Shown here in pieces: positions 29,685-37,840 of a stretch of 41,346 nucleotides of DNA. Position numbers and translations under genes: made by a program. The DNA comes from a virus. Its lineage: Duplodnaviria > Heunggongvirae > Uroviricota > Caudoviricetes. The number at the start of each line of letters is the position of its first letter. The first letter of the stretch is position 1. The stretch is from positions 1 to 41,346 of the IMG/VR virus record IMGVR_UViG_2690316296_000007. One strand, given 5' to 3'. The notes under the pieces were generated by a model, which ran no database searches, had not been told where the DNA came from, and saw nothing but the letters and a program-made list of their open reading frames with translations.

Positions 29685-30046
29685 CATGTTAACAAAATAC
29701 TTAAACAGCCATCGATGAATCCCATTGCAGTCTGTAATTCTTTTCGGATGGTACCATCAGAACACTTCTGCTTCTTTGCGATAGTTCTTAATGAGATGCC
29801 GATAATAAAATGAGCAATAACCAACTCATACTCTTCGGGCTTATATTTACGCAATCGCGCAACACAGCTGTCAATCATGATTCCTTCATCATCATCGCAT
29901 TGTTGGCGTGTTTTCTTTCCATGAGGTAGTAAACCTTTAAACCCTGCAGCAACAGGCTGCCAGTCCACACCACTGTTATCTGCTGCAGCCCATGCTCCCC
30001 AGCGGTCCAAAACTTCATACATATCACGCATCAACTTTCTCCACAA
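29684..30046 (-). CDS. Late-gene antiterminator Q (QuuD/QuuQ-like)
   Basis: VLDRWGAWAA ... DWQPVAAGFKGLL ... CDDDEGIMIDSCVARL ... CSDGTIRKELQTAMGFIDG resembles E. coli prophage Q proteins as recalled. Confidence 0.8.
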   Translation of the reverse strand: MWRKLMRDMYEVLDRWGAWAAADNSGVDWQPVAAGFKGLLPHGKKTRQQCDDDEGIMIDSCVARLRKYKPEEYELVIAHFIIGISLRTIAKKQKCSDGTIRKELQTAMGFIDGCLSILLT

Positions 30047-30048
30047 AA

Positions 30049-31044
30049 TCAGGCCAGCACACCAATTGCCAGTGCACGATCGATAAAACGAAATATCAGC
30101 TCCAGCTGGGAGCCATACTTCTCTTCAAATGCCACGGTATCCGCATGCAGCTCGTCGTGATGCTTTCTGCACAAAGGCAACACAAAGAGGTCATGCGCTT
30201 TTGTACCCATTCCCCCCTGACCGTGGCCTATCAGGTGGTGGGGATCATCAGCAGGCTTTCCACAACATGCACACAGCTGCGTCTTAACCCAGCGCGTGTA
30301 CTTTTCATTAACCCAGCGGCGACGTTTTGGGCGTAACATAAAAGACTCCGGCGACTCCGGATCCACTTCCAGCGCCAGCACTTTTTTCGCTTTATCCTGG
30401 ATGATGCTGGTGGCAGGAACCGAAGGCACAAGGTCACTTTCCCGGGTAACAGACGGCACAACAGGCTTCGGTAATCTAAGTGCCTTACGGGCTGCACTTT
30501 CCGGTAAGGCATCCGCCAGGTCATTACGAATCAGCCACCAGCACAGTTCCGGCATTGTCACAACGTGACTGTCATCAAAACCGAGATCCCGACGCACAAC
30601 AGACAACACCCAGCGGACACAGTTATCCGTTGCCATTGATTCCAGCCGTTCCGTGAACTGATCGCGCAGCTGGTTATCGCAGTGCCAGCACAGACGGATT
30701 GCGCCCGGAGCGTGTCGCATTGTGGTCATGTTCTCGCTGTGCCAGTCGGAATGAGGCCACTGGCAGCCTTTTTCACGAAGTAACCAGCTTTCAAGACATT
30801 CCACGCCACCAGCACGACGGATCACTGCCTCATTGCGGAACACGGCCCGAACGGCAGGATCATCCGCCAGCGGTTGTGATGCCGCCGGAACGGCACCACT
30901 GGCGAAAGATGAATAACATTCCGGCTCAGGCTCCAGCAGGACACGCCCCTGCATAAACAGGGGCATCAGCTCTGAACCTGGCCTGAACAATACGATCCCC
31001 ATACGCGGGGCAATTTCAGGAGTCAGTAGTGCTCTCACGGTCAC
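30049..31044 (-). CDS. DUF968-family protein (YdfU-like)
   Basis: C-terminus CACCGKPADDPHHLIGHGQGGMGTKAHDLFVLPLCRKHHDELH; adjacent to Q as in Qin-type prophages. Confidence 0.65.
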   Translation of the reverse strand: MTVRALLTPEIAPRMGIVLFRPGSELMPLFMQGRVLLEPEPECYSSFASGAVPAASQPLADDPAVRAVFRNEAVIRRAGGVECLESWLLREKGCQWPHSDWHSENMTTMRHAPGAIRLCWHCDNQLRDQFTERLESMATDNCVRWVLSVVRRDLGFDDSHVVTMPELCWWLIRNDLADALPESAARKALRLPKPVVPSVTRESDLVPSVPATSIIQDKAKKVLALEVDPESPESFMLRPKRRRWVNEKYTRWVKTQLCACCGKPADDPHHLIGHGQGGMGTKAHDLFVLPLCRKHHDELHADTVAFEEKYGSQLELIFRFIDRALAIGVLA

Positions 31045-31045
31045 C

Positions 31046-31876
31046 TCAATGAACGGTATCGAGCAGCTTTAACAGCTCAGGGAATCGGGATTCGAAGAAA
31101 TGCGGCTGCGTCTCGCGCGGATTTGCGGGACTGGTGATGTTCTTGCCGAACATGCAGCCTTTCGCTGTCAGCGACCAGAATTTTTTGATGTTGTTAATCG
31201 CGGTACGGCTGTATCGTTCGCGCTGCTCGACGATCCCCAGCTTCACCATCTGGTGATATGCCTGATTAGCTGTCAGGCGGACACCATACTGCTTCAGCAG
31301 TGCACTCAGTGACAGCGTGGGGCGGCTTGAGCCATCAGGCGCGTCAGCAGGAGCATCAATGGCATAGCGCGGTGCCAGATTCGGTAAGCCAACAGCCTCC
31401 TGGAGTTTCTGACAGGCCCCAAGCACTGATGAGTTAGACAGATTTAACTCCCGGCGCATAAAGTCCAGCAGAATCACACCAGCCTGCATCTTGTCAGCAG
31501 CCTGCCCGGATAATTTTTCCGGTGCGCTGGTTACCATGTCGAAAGTGCGGATCACCTTCAGATGGAATGACGGGCTGATCCACATTGCATAGGCATACAC
31601 CAGTTCTTTGCAGACATACGTCCCCTGGTTATTTCCGCCACGAATAACGTTAACTGGCTCTATATTGACCGAGTTGCAAATCTGCAACTCGCTTATTAAA
31701 CGTTCAGTTTGCTCATTGCGGAGCCAGAATGCAGGCTTATGCTTATCCAGAGAACCGGCAGCCCTGTGCAGATCGTTCAGGCTGTAACGTCCATAAGCAT
31801 CACGACGAACTTCAATACCATCAATGACCATCAGATTATTCATACTTCGTTTCTCCTCTTGATCAGGCGGCTGCAC
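31046..31876 (-). CDS. KilA-N domain protein
   Basis: N-terminus MVIDGIEVRRDAYGRYSLNDLHRAAG. Confidence 0.7.
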   Translation of the reverse strand: MQPPDQEEKRSMNNLMVIDGIEVRRDAYGRYSLNDLHRAAGSLDKHKPAFWLRNEQTERLISELQICNSVNIEPVNVIRGGNNQGTYVCKELVYAYAMWISPSFHLKVIRTFDMVTSAPEKLSGQAADKMQAGVILLDFMRRELNLSNSSVLGACQKLQEAVGLPNLAPRYAIDAPADAPDGSSRPTLSLSALLKQYGVRLTANQAYHQMVKLGIVEQRERYSRTAINNIKKFWSLTAKGCMFGKNITSPANPRETQPHFFESRFPELLKLLDTVH

Positions 31877-32252
31877 CCGCCGTTTTCTCGTACTTACTGA
31901 TAGTGATCTCGACCTTCCCTTCCGGGATAACCGGTCCCCACTCCACCAGCATTCTTTTCACCTGGCTGTCGTCTTCCCACACACCCGCGTGGGTCAGGGC
32001 GTCAAACAGTGCCTTGTTATAGTTGTCCAGATCGCGGATCCGGTTATCCGGAGGAAACAACACGATCTCCACTGAAGCAGGTGCCGACGTTGGTTTTGTC
32101 AGACGACGTAACTGCTCAACTATTGCTGCACACGCCGCGCTCTGAAATTTTCGCCCCGCCGCGCTTATCAGGCTCTTACCAGCAAATGCCCCTTTGTTGG
32201 GGTGTCGCCAGTACGTGTTCACGCTGGGAGGGAAAGGAAGGATCAACTTCAT
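31863..32252 (-). CDS. rusA: Holliday-junction resolvase RusA
   Basis: 129 aa; LPFPPSVNTYWRH ... IRDLDNYNKALFDALTHAGVWEDDSQV. Confidence 0.85.
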   Translation of the reverse strand: MKLILPFPPSVNTYWRHPNKGAFAGKSLISAAGRKFQSAACAAIVEQLRRLTKPTSAPASVEIVLFPPDNRIRDLDNYNKALFDALTHAGVWEDDSQVKRMLVEWGPVIPEGKVEITISKYEKTAGAAA

Positions 32253-32575
32253 ACTTTCAGGCCCCTCTCATGTAACCAGTGGGCTGCACGCAGCCTGGCG
32301 TTTTCCTCACCGGCAAGCAGTGAGCGGATAATCCCGACCGCCTCGCTGTCGTCGTCCTTCACCGCGGTATGAAGCGTTATCCCCCGGGCCACGCCACGCT
32401 TTATCGTGATGACGCCTTTTTTCTCCAGTGCGCGAAGATGCTCCACCGCTGCATTCACCGAACGATATCCCAGCATGGTTGCCACCTCCTGATTGGTTGG
32501 CGGGAAGCCACGTTCTTTCTGGTAAGAAATCAGCATATCCAGCACCTGCTGCTGGCATTGAGTTAACGTCGTCAT
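32249..32575 (-). CDS. LexA N-terminal DNA-binding-domain homologue without the S24 protease domain
   Basis: LTQCQQQVLDMLISYQKERGFPPTNQEVATMLGYRSVNAAVEHLRALEKKGVITIKRGVARGITL aligns with the LexA winged-helix domain as recalled; only about 108 aa. Confidence 0.7.
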   Translation of the reverse strand: MTTLTQCQQQVLDMLISYQKERGFPPTNQEVATMLGYRSVNAAVEHLRALEKKGVITIKRGVARGITLHTAVKDDDSEAVGIIRSLLAGEENARLRAAHWLHERGLKV

Positions 32576-32826
32576 TACGCCCCCACGTAATTCCCTGACA
32601 GATACCACTCATCACTCGATACAGCGCGCTTGCTGCTTTTCCGTAAACACTGCTCACGACGCGCCAGAAAATTGTTTCGTTCTGGCTGGGAGTGGCTTTC
32701 ACGGAATGCCGCCATCCACACCGTTGCAGCACGACGGTATAAGCCCCTGGACTCCAGTTCTTCAGCCTGGCGGGTCAGGTACAAAATCTCCCGCGGGTCG
32801 TTAGTGCTGACATAGAAATTGCGCAC
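32575..32826 (-). CDS. Hypothetical early protein
   Basis: 83-aa ORF whose stop overlaps the start of the LexA-like gene (ATGA). Confidence 0.45.
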   Translation of the reverse strand: MRNFYVSTNDPREILYLTRQAEELESRGLYRRAATVWMAAFRESHSQPERNNFLARREQCLRKSSKRAVSSDEWYLSGNYVGA

Positions 32827-32859
32827 AGGTCTGGTTTCACGAACTGGTTGCGGTTCCGC

Positions 32860-33069
32860 CTACTGCGCTCTCTCAGTCAGGCGCGGGAAATGTCTGCGTG
32901 TATCCCCTTCACAACGGTGAGCCACACGCCCACTCTGACGTAACTTGCTTGCTGACTGCAGAACGCGCTGCCGTGAGTAACCTGCAAAAGCATCCGCAAT
33001 GTCTCCGGAAGTACACCCCGGATGGGCTTCAATGTATTTCTGAACTTCATTCAAAAGACTCATGATCAC
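32860..33069 (-). CDS. Hypothetical small early protein
   Basis: 69-aa ORF between the replication gene and 32575..32826. Confidence 0.4.
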   Translation of the reverse strand: MIMSLLNEVQKYIEAHPGCTSGDIADAFAGYSRQRVLQSASKLRQSGRVAHRCEGDTRRHFPRLTERAQ

Positions 33070-34007
33070 CCCCTGAATCCTGCCGGGATCTGGCTGTAGT
33101 CCACGTTGTCGTAACTGGCTTTGAAGTACGGGTCTTCGCGTTTTTCTGTGTACGTGCTGACGGACGGCGATAAGCGCAGGGAAAGCTCATCCCATTTTTC
33201 CCGCAGCTTCGACGGGCTGAGCACGTTACGGCACCAGAACGGATCGCGGCTGACGCGGCTGTACATCTCGCAGATTTGTTTGTGAGTACGACCATCCTGC
33301 ACACACATCAGGCGAATTTCGTTTGCCCAGGCTGTCCAGTTCGGTTCTTTGGGACGAACCACCTCGCCGTCACATTCGGCGGCCTGCTCGTACAGGGCGA
33401 TGATTTTTTTCCAGAGCCACTGTGCGCAGGTCAAATCATCCTGCGTTCCCCACTGGCGCTTTTTAGGGCTGAATACAACCGCATCAGGATGGCGAGTTAA
33501 AAACTCCTGTTCAGCCGTCTGCGTGTCCGGTTGCGAAGCGTCCGGACGAGAAGTTTTTTTATCTGACGGATCATGTTTTGATTTTACTGACGGATCCCCG
33601 CCAGATTCTGACGGGTGAAAACCCGCTTTTTTGCCAGATTTCGACGCATCAAATTTTGACGGGTCAGATTTTGATGCGTCAGATTTTGACGGGTCAGAAT
33701 CTGACAGTTGAGAAAATGCCGCTGCCTGAAGCTTCGCAACGTTAAGCTGATAAACATTCGACGCATTGCGGTTACCCTGGCGACGCGCCTTACGCGTTAA
33801 CCAGCCTTCTGCTTCCAGCCGTGCGATAGCCGTTCTGACGGTACTCATCCCCGCGCCAATCTGACGGGCAATGGTTTCAATTGATGGCCAGCACACACCT
33901 TCGTCATTACTGAAATCAGCCAGGCGGGCCATAATTGCCACGCTGGATAATTTCATGCCTGACGCAGCGCAACCATCCCATACATAGCCGGTTAATTTAG
34001 TGCTCAT
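33066..34007 (-). CDS. Replication initiation protein (O-like, N-terminal winged-helix domain)
   Basis: N-terminus SSVAIMARLADFSNDEGVCWPSIETIARQIGAGMSTVRTAIARLEAEGWL; mid-gene repetitive linker (SDSDPSKSDASKSDPSKFDASKS) coincides with DNA iterons. Confidence 0.7.
   Translation of the reverse strand: MSTKLTGYVWDGCAASGMKLSSVAIMARLADFSNDEGVCWPSIETIARQIGAGMSTVRTAIARLEAEGWLTRKARRQGNRNASNVYQLNVAKLQAAAFSQLSDSDPSKSDASKSDPSKFDASKSGKKAGFHPSESGGDPSVKSKHDPSDKKTSRPDASQPDTQTAEQEFLTRHPDAVVFSPKKRQWGTQDDLTCAQWLWKKIIALYEQAAECDGEVVRPKEPNWTAWANEIRLMCVQDGRTHKQICEMYSRVSRDPFWCRNVLSPSKLREKWDELSLRLSPSVSTYTEKREDPYFKASYDNVDYSQIPAGFRG
33570..33707. repeat. Iteron array (candidate phage origin) inside the replication gene
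   Basis: At least six copies of TCAGA(T/A)T(T/C)TGAC(G/A)-like units, e.g. tcagattttgacgg, tcagattttgatgc, tcagaatctgacag. Confidence 0.6.
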
Positions 34008-34016
34008 GACCGACCT

Positions 34017-34355
34017 CTATTTCCCTGAATTTACAACGAAACTGTTCGAGCGGGCTGAAGCACTCATGCTCATAGCCTTCACGGAGGTAGATAACCCGTT
34101 GTGTTTCCGGCTCCCAACGAATGACTCTGACGGGCACTCCGTAGTGATCTTTGAACCAGCGGTTAACTTGTCGCAAAGGACTGTCTCCTTCTGCCGGTTG
34201 AAATCACCCACAGCCCACTCTGCAAAGCTGTGGGTTACAATTTCCCTGTCACCTAGTACATTTACTGCATAGCAATACTCCACCTTCGCTTTTCCACCCG
34301 GTACAGGAAGCGCAATCAGTTGCGAGCGACGGTAGTGTGTTGTTAAACTGTTCAT
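34017..34355 (-). CDS. Hypothetical early protein (e14 YmfM-like by size and position)
   Basis: 112-aa ORF whose start overlaps the upstream stop (ATGA). Confidence 0.45.
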   Translation of the reverse strand: MNSLTTHYRRSQLIALPVPGGKAKVEYCYAVNVLGDREIVTHSFAEWAVGDFNRQKETVLCDKLTAGSKITTECPSESFVGSRKHNGLSTSVKAMSMSASARSNSFVVNSGK

Positions 34356-34915
34356 GCGTTAGTTTCTCCACAGTCACGACACGCCACGGCGCCCGGAGCT
34401 GCACACTCGCGGGCGTCACTACTTTCTGAAACGCAAAAGATTTTGTAGACCAGTGCTGCATGCTCCTGCAGCTTCGAAATTGAGAGGTACAGCTCATCGT
34501 TAATTGCTGTCTTCTCATGCGGTTCCACTACACCGTCTTCAATTGCTGAACGAATCTGTTTTGAATAACTGCCGATCTGTTCAATGACTTCCAGCAGGCG
34601 TTGGTTGATATCGGCGTTGTCCACATCCTCGACGTCAGGAAGAGACACAAAGACGCCATTTGCAGACTGCGCCACAGCATCAGCAATGAAGTGAGTGCCA
34701 CCAGCACGCTGTAAAACCATTGCCCATCCCAGCGGGAAAATCTGATCGCCATCTGCACGAAGGCGGTTGAATAAAGCGTTTTCTGTTACATCAAGCCAGT
34801 CAGCCGCTTCAGCGTAACCACCCGGCAACGCCGCGATAGTTTTTCTGACAGCTTTCACGTACCACTCAGGCTGTTTTTCTATTTTCCAGTGATGCTTACC
34901 CACGGTTAGCCTCAT
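34352..34915 (-). CDS. Early regulator-like protein (e14 YmfL / CII-position gene)
   Basis: 187-aa ORF directly after cro in the pR operon. Confidence 0.5.
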   Translation of the reverse strand: MRLTVGKHHWKIEKQPEWYVKAVRKTIAALPGGYAEAADWLDVTENALFNRLRADGDQIFPLGWAMVLQRAGGTHFIADAVAQSANGVFVSLPDVEDVDNADINQRLLEVIEQIGSYSKQIRSAIEDGVVEPHEKTAINDELYLSISKLQEHAALVYKIFCVSESSDARECAAPGAVACRDCGETNA

Positions 34916-34946
34916 CGTTCTGTGGTTAAAAATTGAAAGTGTTCTG

Positions 34947-35147
34947 CTAATCTTTCGGATAGATATCCGGTCTTAAGTCAGATTTCGTAATTGCACCTGA
35001 CGTGCATTGCTCAAGTTTTTTAGCCAGCACAAAACTGGCTTTTTTATAGCCATTGAAAACCAGCCGTAAATAGCCAGGTGTTGAGCCAACTTTTCCGGCC
35101 AACTCGCCCTGCTGTTCTTTGGTTAAAGAGTCCCAATACGCTTTCAT
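34947..35147 (-). CDS. Cro-like repressor (YdaS-type HTH)
   Basis: 66 aa; GGAGGT Shine-Dalgarno; GELAGKVGSTPGYLRLVFNGYKK ... ELRPD-type HTH; divergent from cI. Confidence 0.7.
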   Translation of the reverse strand: MKAYWDSLTKEQQGELAGKVGSTPGYLRLVFNGYKKASFVLAKKLEQCTSGAITKSDLRPDIYPKD

Positions 35148-35150
35148 ACA

Positions 35151-35222
35151 ATATGTACCTCCAGTGTACATATTACATGATTGAAATGAACCTTCAAGAT
35201 ACTTGTACCTTAACGGTACAAG
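35151..35222. promoter_or_regulatory. OR-like operator region with pR/pRM
   Basis: Palindromes ATATGTACC-tccag-tGTACATAT (35151..35173) and CTTGTACC-ttaac-GGTACAAG (35202..35222). Confidence 0.6.
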
Positions 35223-35237
35223 GGTTTTAATTTCGTT

Positions 35238-35912
35238 ATGAAAACAATCCATGACATCCGGCGGTCTAACGCCAGAAAACTGAGAGATGGTGTTGGCGGG
35301 AATTCTTCCTTTGCCACTATGATTGATCGCGAGCCAACCCAGACCAGCAGGTTTATGGGAGATGGTGCTACTAAAAATATCGGTGACAGCATGGCACGAC
35401 ACATCGAAAAATGTTTCGACCTGCCTGTCGGATGGCTCGATCAAGAACACCAGACAACGAACATCACAAAAAAACCTGATGTTTCAATCACTAATAAACA
35501 AATCACATTAGTCCCTGTCATATCATGGGTACAGGCCGGAGCATGGAAAGAAGTTGGATATTCTGAGGTTGATTTGAGCACAGCAGAAACGTATCCCTGC
35601 CCTGTACCCTGTGGGGAAATGACTTATATCTTGCGGGTGATAGGTGATTCAATGATTGATGAGTACCGCCCGGGAGACATGATTTTTGTCGATCCTGAAG
35701 TACCTGCCTGCCACGGTGACGACGTTATTGCATTGATGCACGATACAGGCGAAACCACCTTCAAAAGGTTGATAGAAGATGGGACACAGCGTTATCTCAA
35801 AGCGTTAAACCCAAACTGGCCTGAGCCTTACATTAAGATCAACGGTAATTGCTCTATAATTGGTACAGTGATTTTCTCAGGAAAACCAAGAAGATACAAA
35901 ATCAAAGCCTAA
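35238..35912 (+). CDS. CI-like prophage repressor (HTH plus S24 LexA-like peptidase domain)
   Basis: 224 aa; C-terminal GDSM ... YRPGD motifs; e14 CohE-like size. Confidence 0.85.
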   Translation: MKTIHDIRRSNARKLRDGVGGNSSFATMIDREPTQTSRFMGDGATKNIGDSMARHIEKCFDLPVGWLDQEHQTTNITKKPDVSITNKQITLVPVISWVQAGAWKEVGYSEVDLSTAETYPCPVPCGEMTYILRVIGDSMIDEYRPGDMIFVDPEVPACHGDDVIALMHDTGETTFKRLIEDGTQRYLKALNPNWPEPYIKINGNCSIIGTVIFSGKPRRYKIKA

Positions 35913-35924
35913 TCAATGTTTATG

Positions 35925-35947
35925 AACCTGCTTCGGCAGGTTTTTTT
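35925..35947 (+). terminator. Rho-independent terminator after cI
   Basis: AACCTGC-TTCG-GCAGGTT followed by T7. Confidence 0.6.
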
Positions 35948-35951
35948 ATAC

Positions 35952-35990
35952 TTGACAATGTACCTTTGAGATACATAATGTACCCAAGCG
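35952..35990 (+). promoter_or_regulatory. pL-like promoter with OL-like operator half-sites
   Basis: TTGACA - 16 bp - CATAAT; ATGTACC occurs twice overlapping the promoter, the same half-site as in OR. Confidence 0.5.
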
Positions 35991-36146
35991 AAACAACGAA
36001 CAGGCAGGACGCCCACGAAGTAGCCGCCTGGGGCATATGAAGTCCAGGATGATTCGTTAGCAACAAAAAAGCGCCCTACAGGACGCTTAGCTCTTTAACA
36101 ATCTGGTCCCCATCAACAAGTAACTGATAACTTGAGGAGATGTGAA

Positions 36147-36353
36147 ATGCACAAAACAGAACCCAAAATCGTCGCGCCTGGCTACACAGATGAGGAAATT
36201 TATGAGTGGATGACAAAGAAGCTGGCAGCTATAAACCAGCTTCGTGAAGTGCTGTCTTATCGACAGGAAACAATAGACTCCTTAAAAAAACTGGATCAGG
36301 AAATCACGGTTTTATCACAGGATGTTACTTTAGATATTGTGCAGACAAATTAG
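36147..36353 (+). CDS. Small hypothetical protein, first gene after pL
   Basis: 68 aa from the ATG at 36147 with GAGGAG Shine-Dalgarno; helical, no Arg-rich N-like motif. Confidence 0.45.
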   Translation: MHKTEPKIVAPGYTDEEIYEWMTKKLAAINQLREVLSYRQETIDSLKKLDQEITVLSQDVTLDIVQTN

Positions 36354-36759
36354 GATCCCATTCATTTTCGTCAAAATCATCAAAGTGATGAATTTGTGAT
36401 CTCCAGTCTCGATAATCTAAAAATTTCTGGGCGGTTACGCTTATTTTATCAAGTGTGAGTTCATCCTGAATTGAAAGAAGAAGTTCATCAAATTTCATCT
36501 CATTAATCTGTTTTGGCATCCAGTGATGCTTCATCAGAATAAGGTGAACCAGAGCCTTTTTCCCATTCAACTGATTATAGGGAGTGCCGAATTTCTTCCG
36601 GTGCTCATGTAAGACAAGGTCCAAAAGAGTAAGTAATGTTGCCCTTGATTCAACTTTGCTTATTTCGACTGATGACACTACCCCACTGATTTCAATGCCC
36701 CGATACTTTCCAACATTTTCACAGTGGGATTTGTACAGCGTATAGATATTACCGGACAT
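36325..36759 (-). CDS. Hypothetical 144-aa protein antisense to the pL operon (candidate exclusion/accessory gene)
   Basis: AT-rich ORF convergent with 36147..36353 (29-nt overlap); direct repeats GTTGTTGGGGA(T/A)AAC just upstream at 36775..36823. Confidence 0.5.
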   Translation of the reverse strand: MSGNIYTLYKSHCENVGKYRGIEISGVVSSVEISKVESRATLLTLLDLVLHEHRKKFGTPYNQLNGKKALVHLILMKHHWMPKQINEMKFDELLLSIQDELTLDKISVTAQKFLDYRDWRSQIHHFDDFDENEWDPNLSAQYLK

Positions 36760-36779
36760 TTCTTTTCCTTTTGCGTTGT

Positions 36780-37210
36780 TGGGGATAACCAGATTAACCG
36801 AATCCTTGTTGTTGGGGAATAACTAGGTCCACCTCGCCTGATGTGGCTAAAAGCAGGCACATAACAGCTAAGTATTTTCAACCAGAGAGAATCCTTAGCG
36901 TTGTGGTGAATGCGGCTCAGCGCACGCGGGTTAAGGTTGAGGCTGACAGTCGACCTTCTGTGGATACCCACCCGCCTGGTGTGCAACCTTCGCTAGGCAC
37001 CGGGAGGCACCCGGCACCACAACTTTATGCTGTGTGTAGTCCTGGCGGTACCAGTTTGTACCCTTGCTTCCGGCTGGTACCGTCCTTTTTACAAAACAGA
37101 GAAGAGCATCACCGGACGACGGGCTCATAACCCAATCCATCCGGGCGGCTGCCACCGCAGGTGTTCTTCTCTGTTTTGTGGAGAAACTAACCGCCCCTAC
37201 GGGGGCATTT
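36780..37210. other. GC-rich structured non-coding island (candidate ncRNA or regulatory RNA element)
   Basis: No convincing ORF; 15-bp perfect stem ACAAAACAGAGAAGA/TCTTCTCTGTTTTGT (37091..37179), nested CGGTACCAG/CTGGTACCG repeat (37047..37082), GCCCC-TAC-GGGGC hairpin then ATTTAT (37193..37209). Confidence 0.3.
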
Positions 37211-37303
37211 ATGGAAATGTAATTGACTCAATAATCGCCGGACGGTGAGGGCTTCCTTTTACCCGAATTCAGCGCGGTGCAGCGCATATACGTGGAGAAC
37301 AAA

Positions 37304-37840
37304 ATGTCATTTATTAAAACTTTTTCCGGGAAGCATTTTTATTATGACAGGATAAATAAAGACGACATCGTTATTAACGATATCGCGGTTTCCCTTTCAA
37401 ATATCTGTCGCTTTGCAGGACATCTTTCACACTTCTACAGTGTCGCCCAACATGCGGTGCTTTGCAGCCAGCTGGTGCCGCAGGAATTTGCTTTTGAAGC
37501 TTTAATGCATGATGCAACAGAAGCATATTGCCAGGACATCCCCGCACCACTGAAACGACTTCTTCCTGACTATAAACGGATGGAAGAAAAAATAGACGCC
37601 GTAATCCGTGAGAAATACGGGTTACCTCCTGTTATGAGCACGCCAGTGAAATATGCCGATCTCATTATGCTGGCAACCGAACGCCGCGATCTCGGGCTTG
37701 ATGATGGCTCTTTCTGGCCTGTGCTGGAAGGTATCCCGGCAACAGAGATGTTCAACGTGATTCCACTGGCTCCAGGCCATGCCTACGGGATGTTTATGGA
37801 ACGCTTTAACGAATTATCGGAGTTACGCAAATGCGCATGA
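37304..37840 (+). CDS. HD-domain phosphohydrolase (YfbR-like)
   Basis: HLSHFYSVAQHAVLCSQL ... EALMHDATEAYCQDIP (H..H / HD motifs); GGAGAA Shine-Dalgarno before the ATG at 37304. Confidence 0.7.
   Translation: MSFIKTFSGKHFYYDRINKDDIVINDIAVSLSNICRFAGHLSHFYSVAQHAVLCSQLVPQEFAFEALMHDATEAYCQDIPAPLKRLLPDYKRMEEKIDAVIREKYGLPPVMSTPVKYADLIMLATERRDLGLDDGSFWPVLEGIPATEMFNVIPLAPGHAYGMFMERFNELSELRKCA

Noticed and set aside
34000-34272. Plus-strand 90-aa ORF overlapping the start of the replication gene
   Set aside because: The minus-strand ORF 34017..34355 is translationally coupled to the upstream gene and fits the operon direction; the plus-strand frame is probably spurious
36678-37155. ORFs of 70 to 100 aa in the GC-rich island (36678..36986 minus, 36843..37130 plus, 36931..37155 minus)
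   Set aside because: Mutually overlapping in different frames, no ribosome-binding sites, and the region is dominated by inverted repeats; treated as structured non-coding DNA
36780-37210. Retron msr/msd hypothesis for the long hairpin
   Set aside because: No reverse-transcriptase gene (no YxDD-containing ORF) is adjacent; the hairpin alone is insufficient
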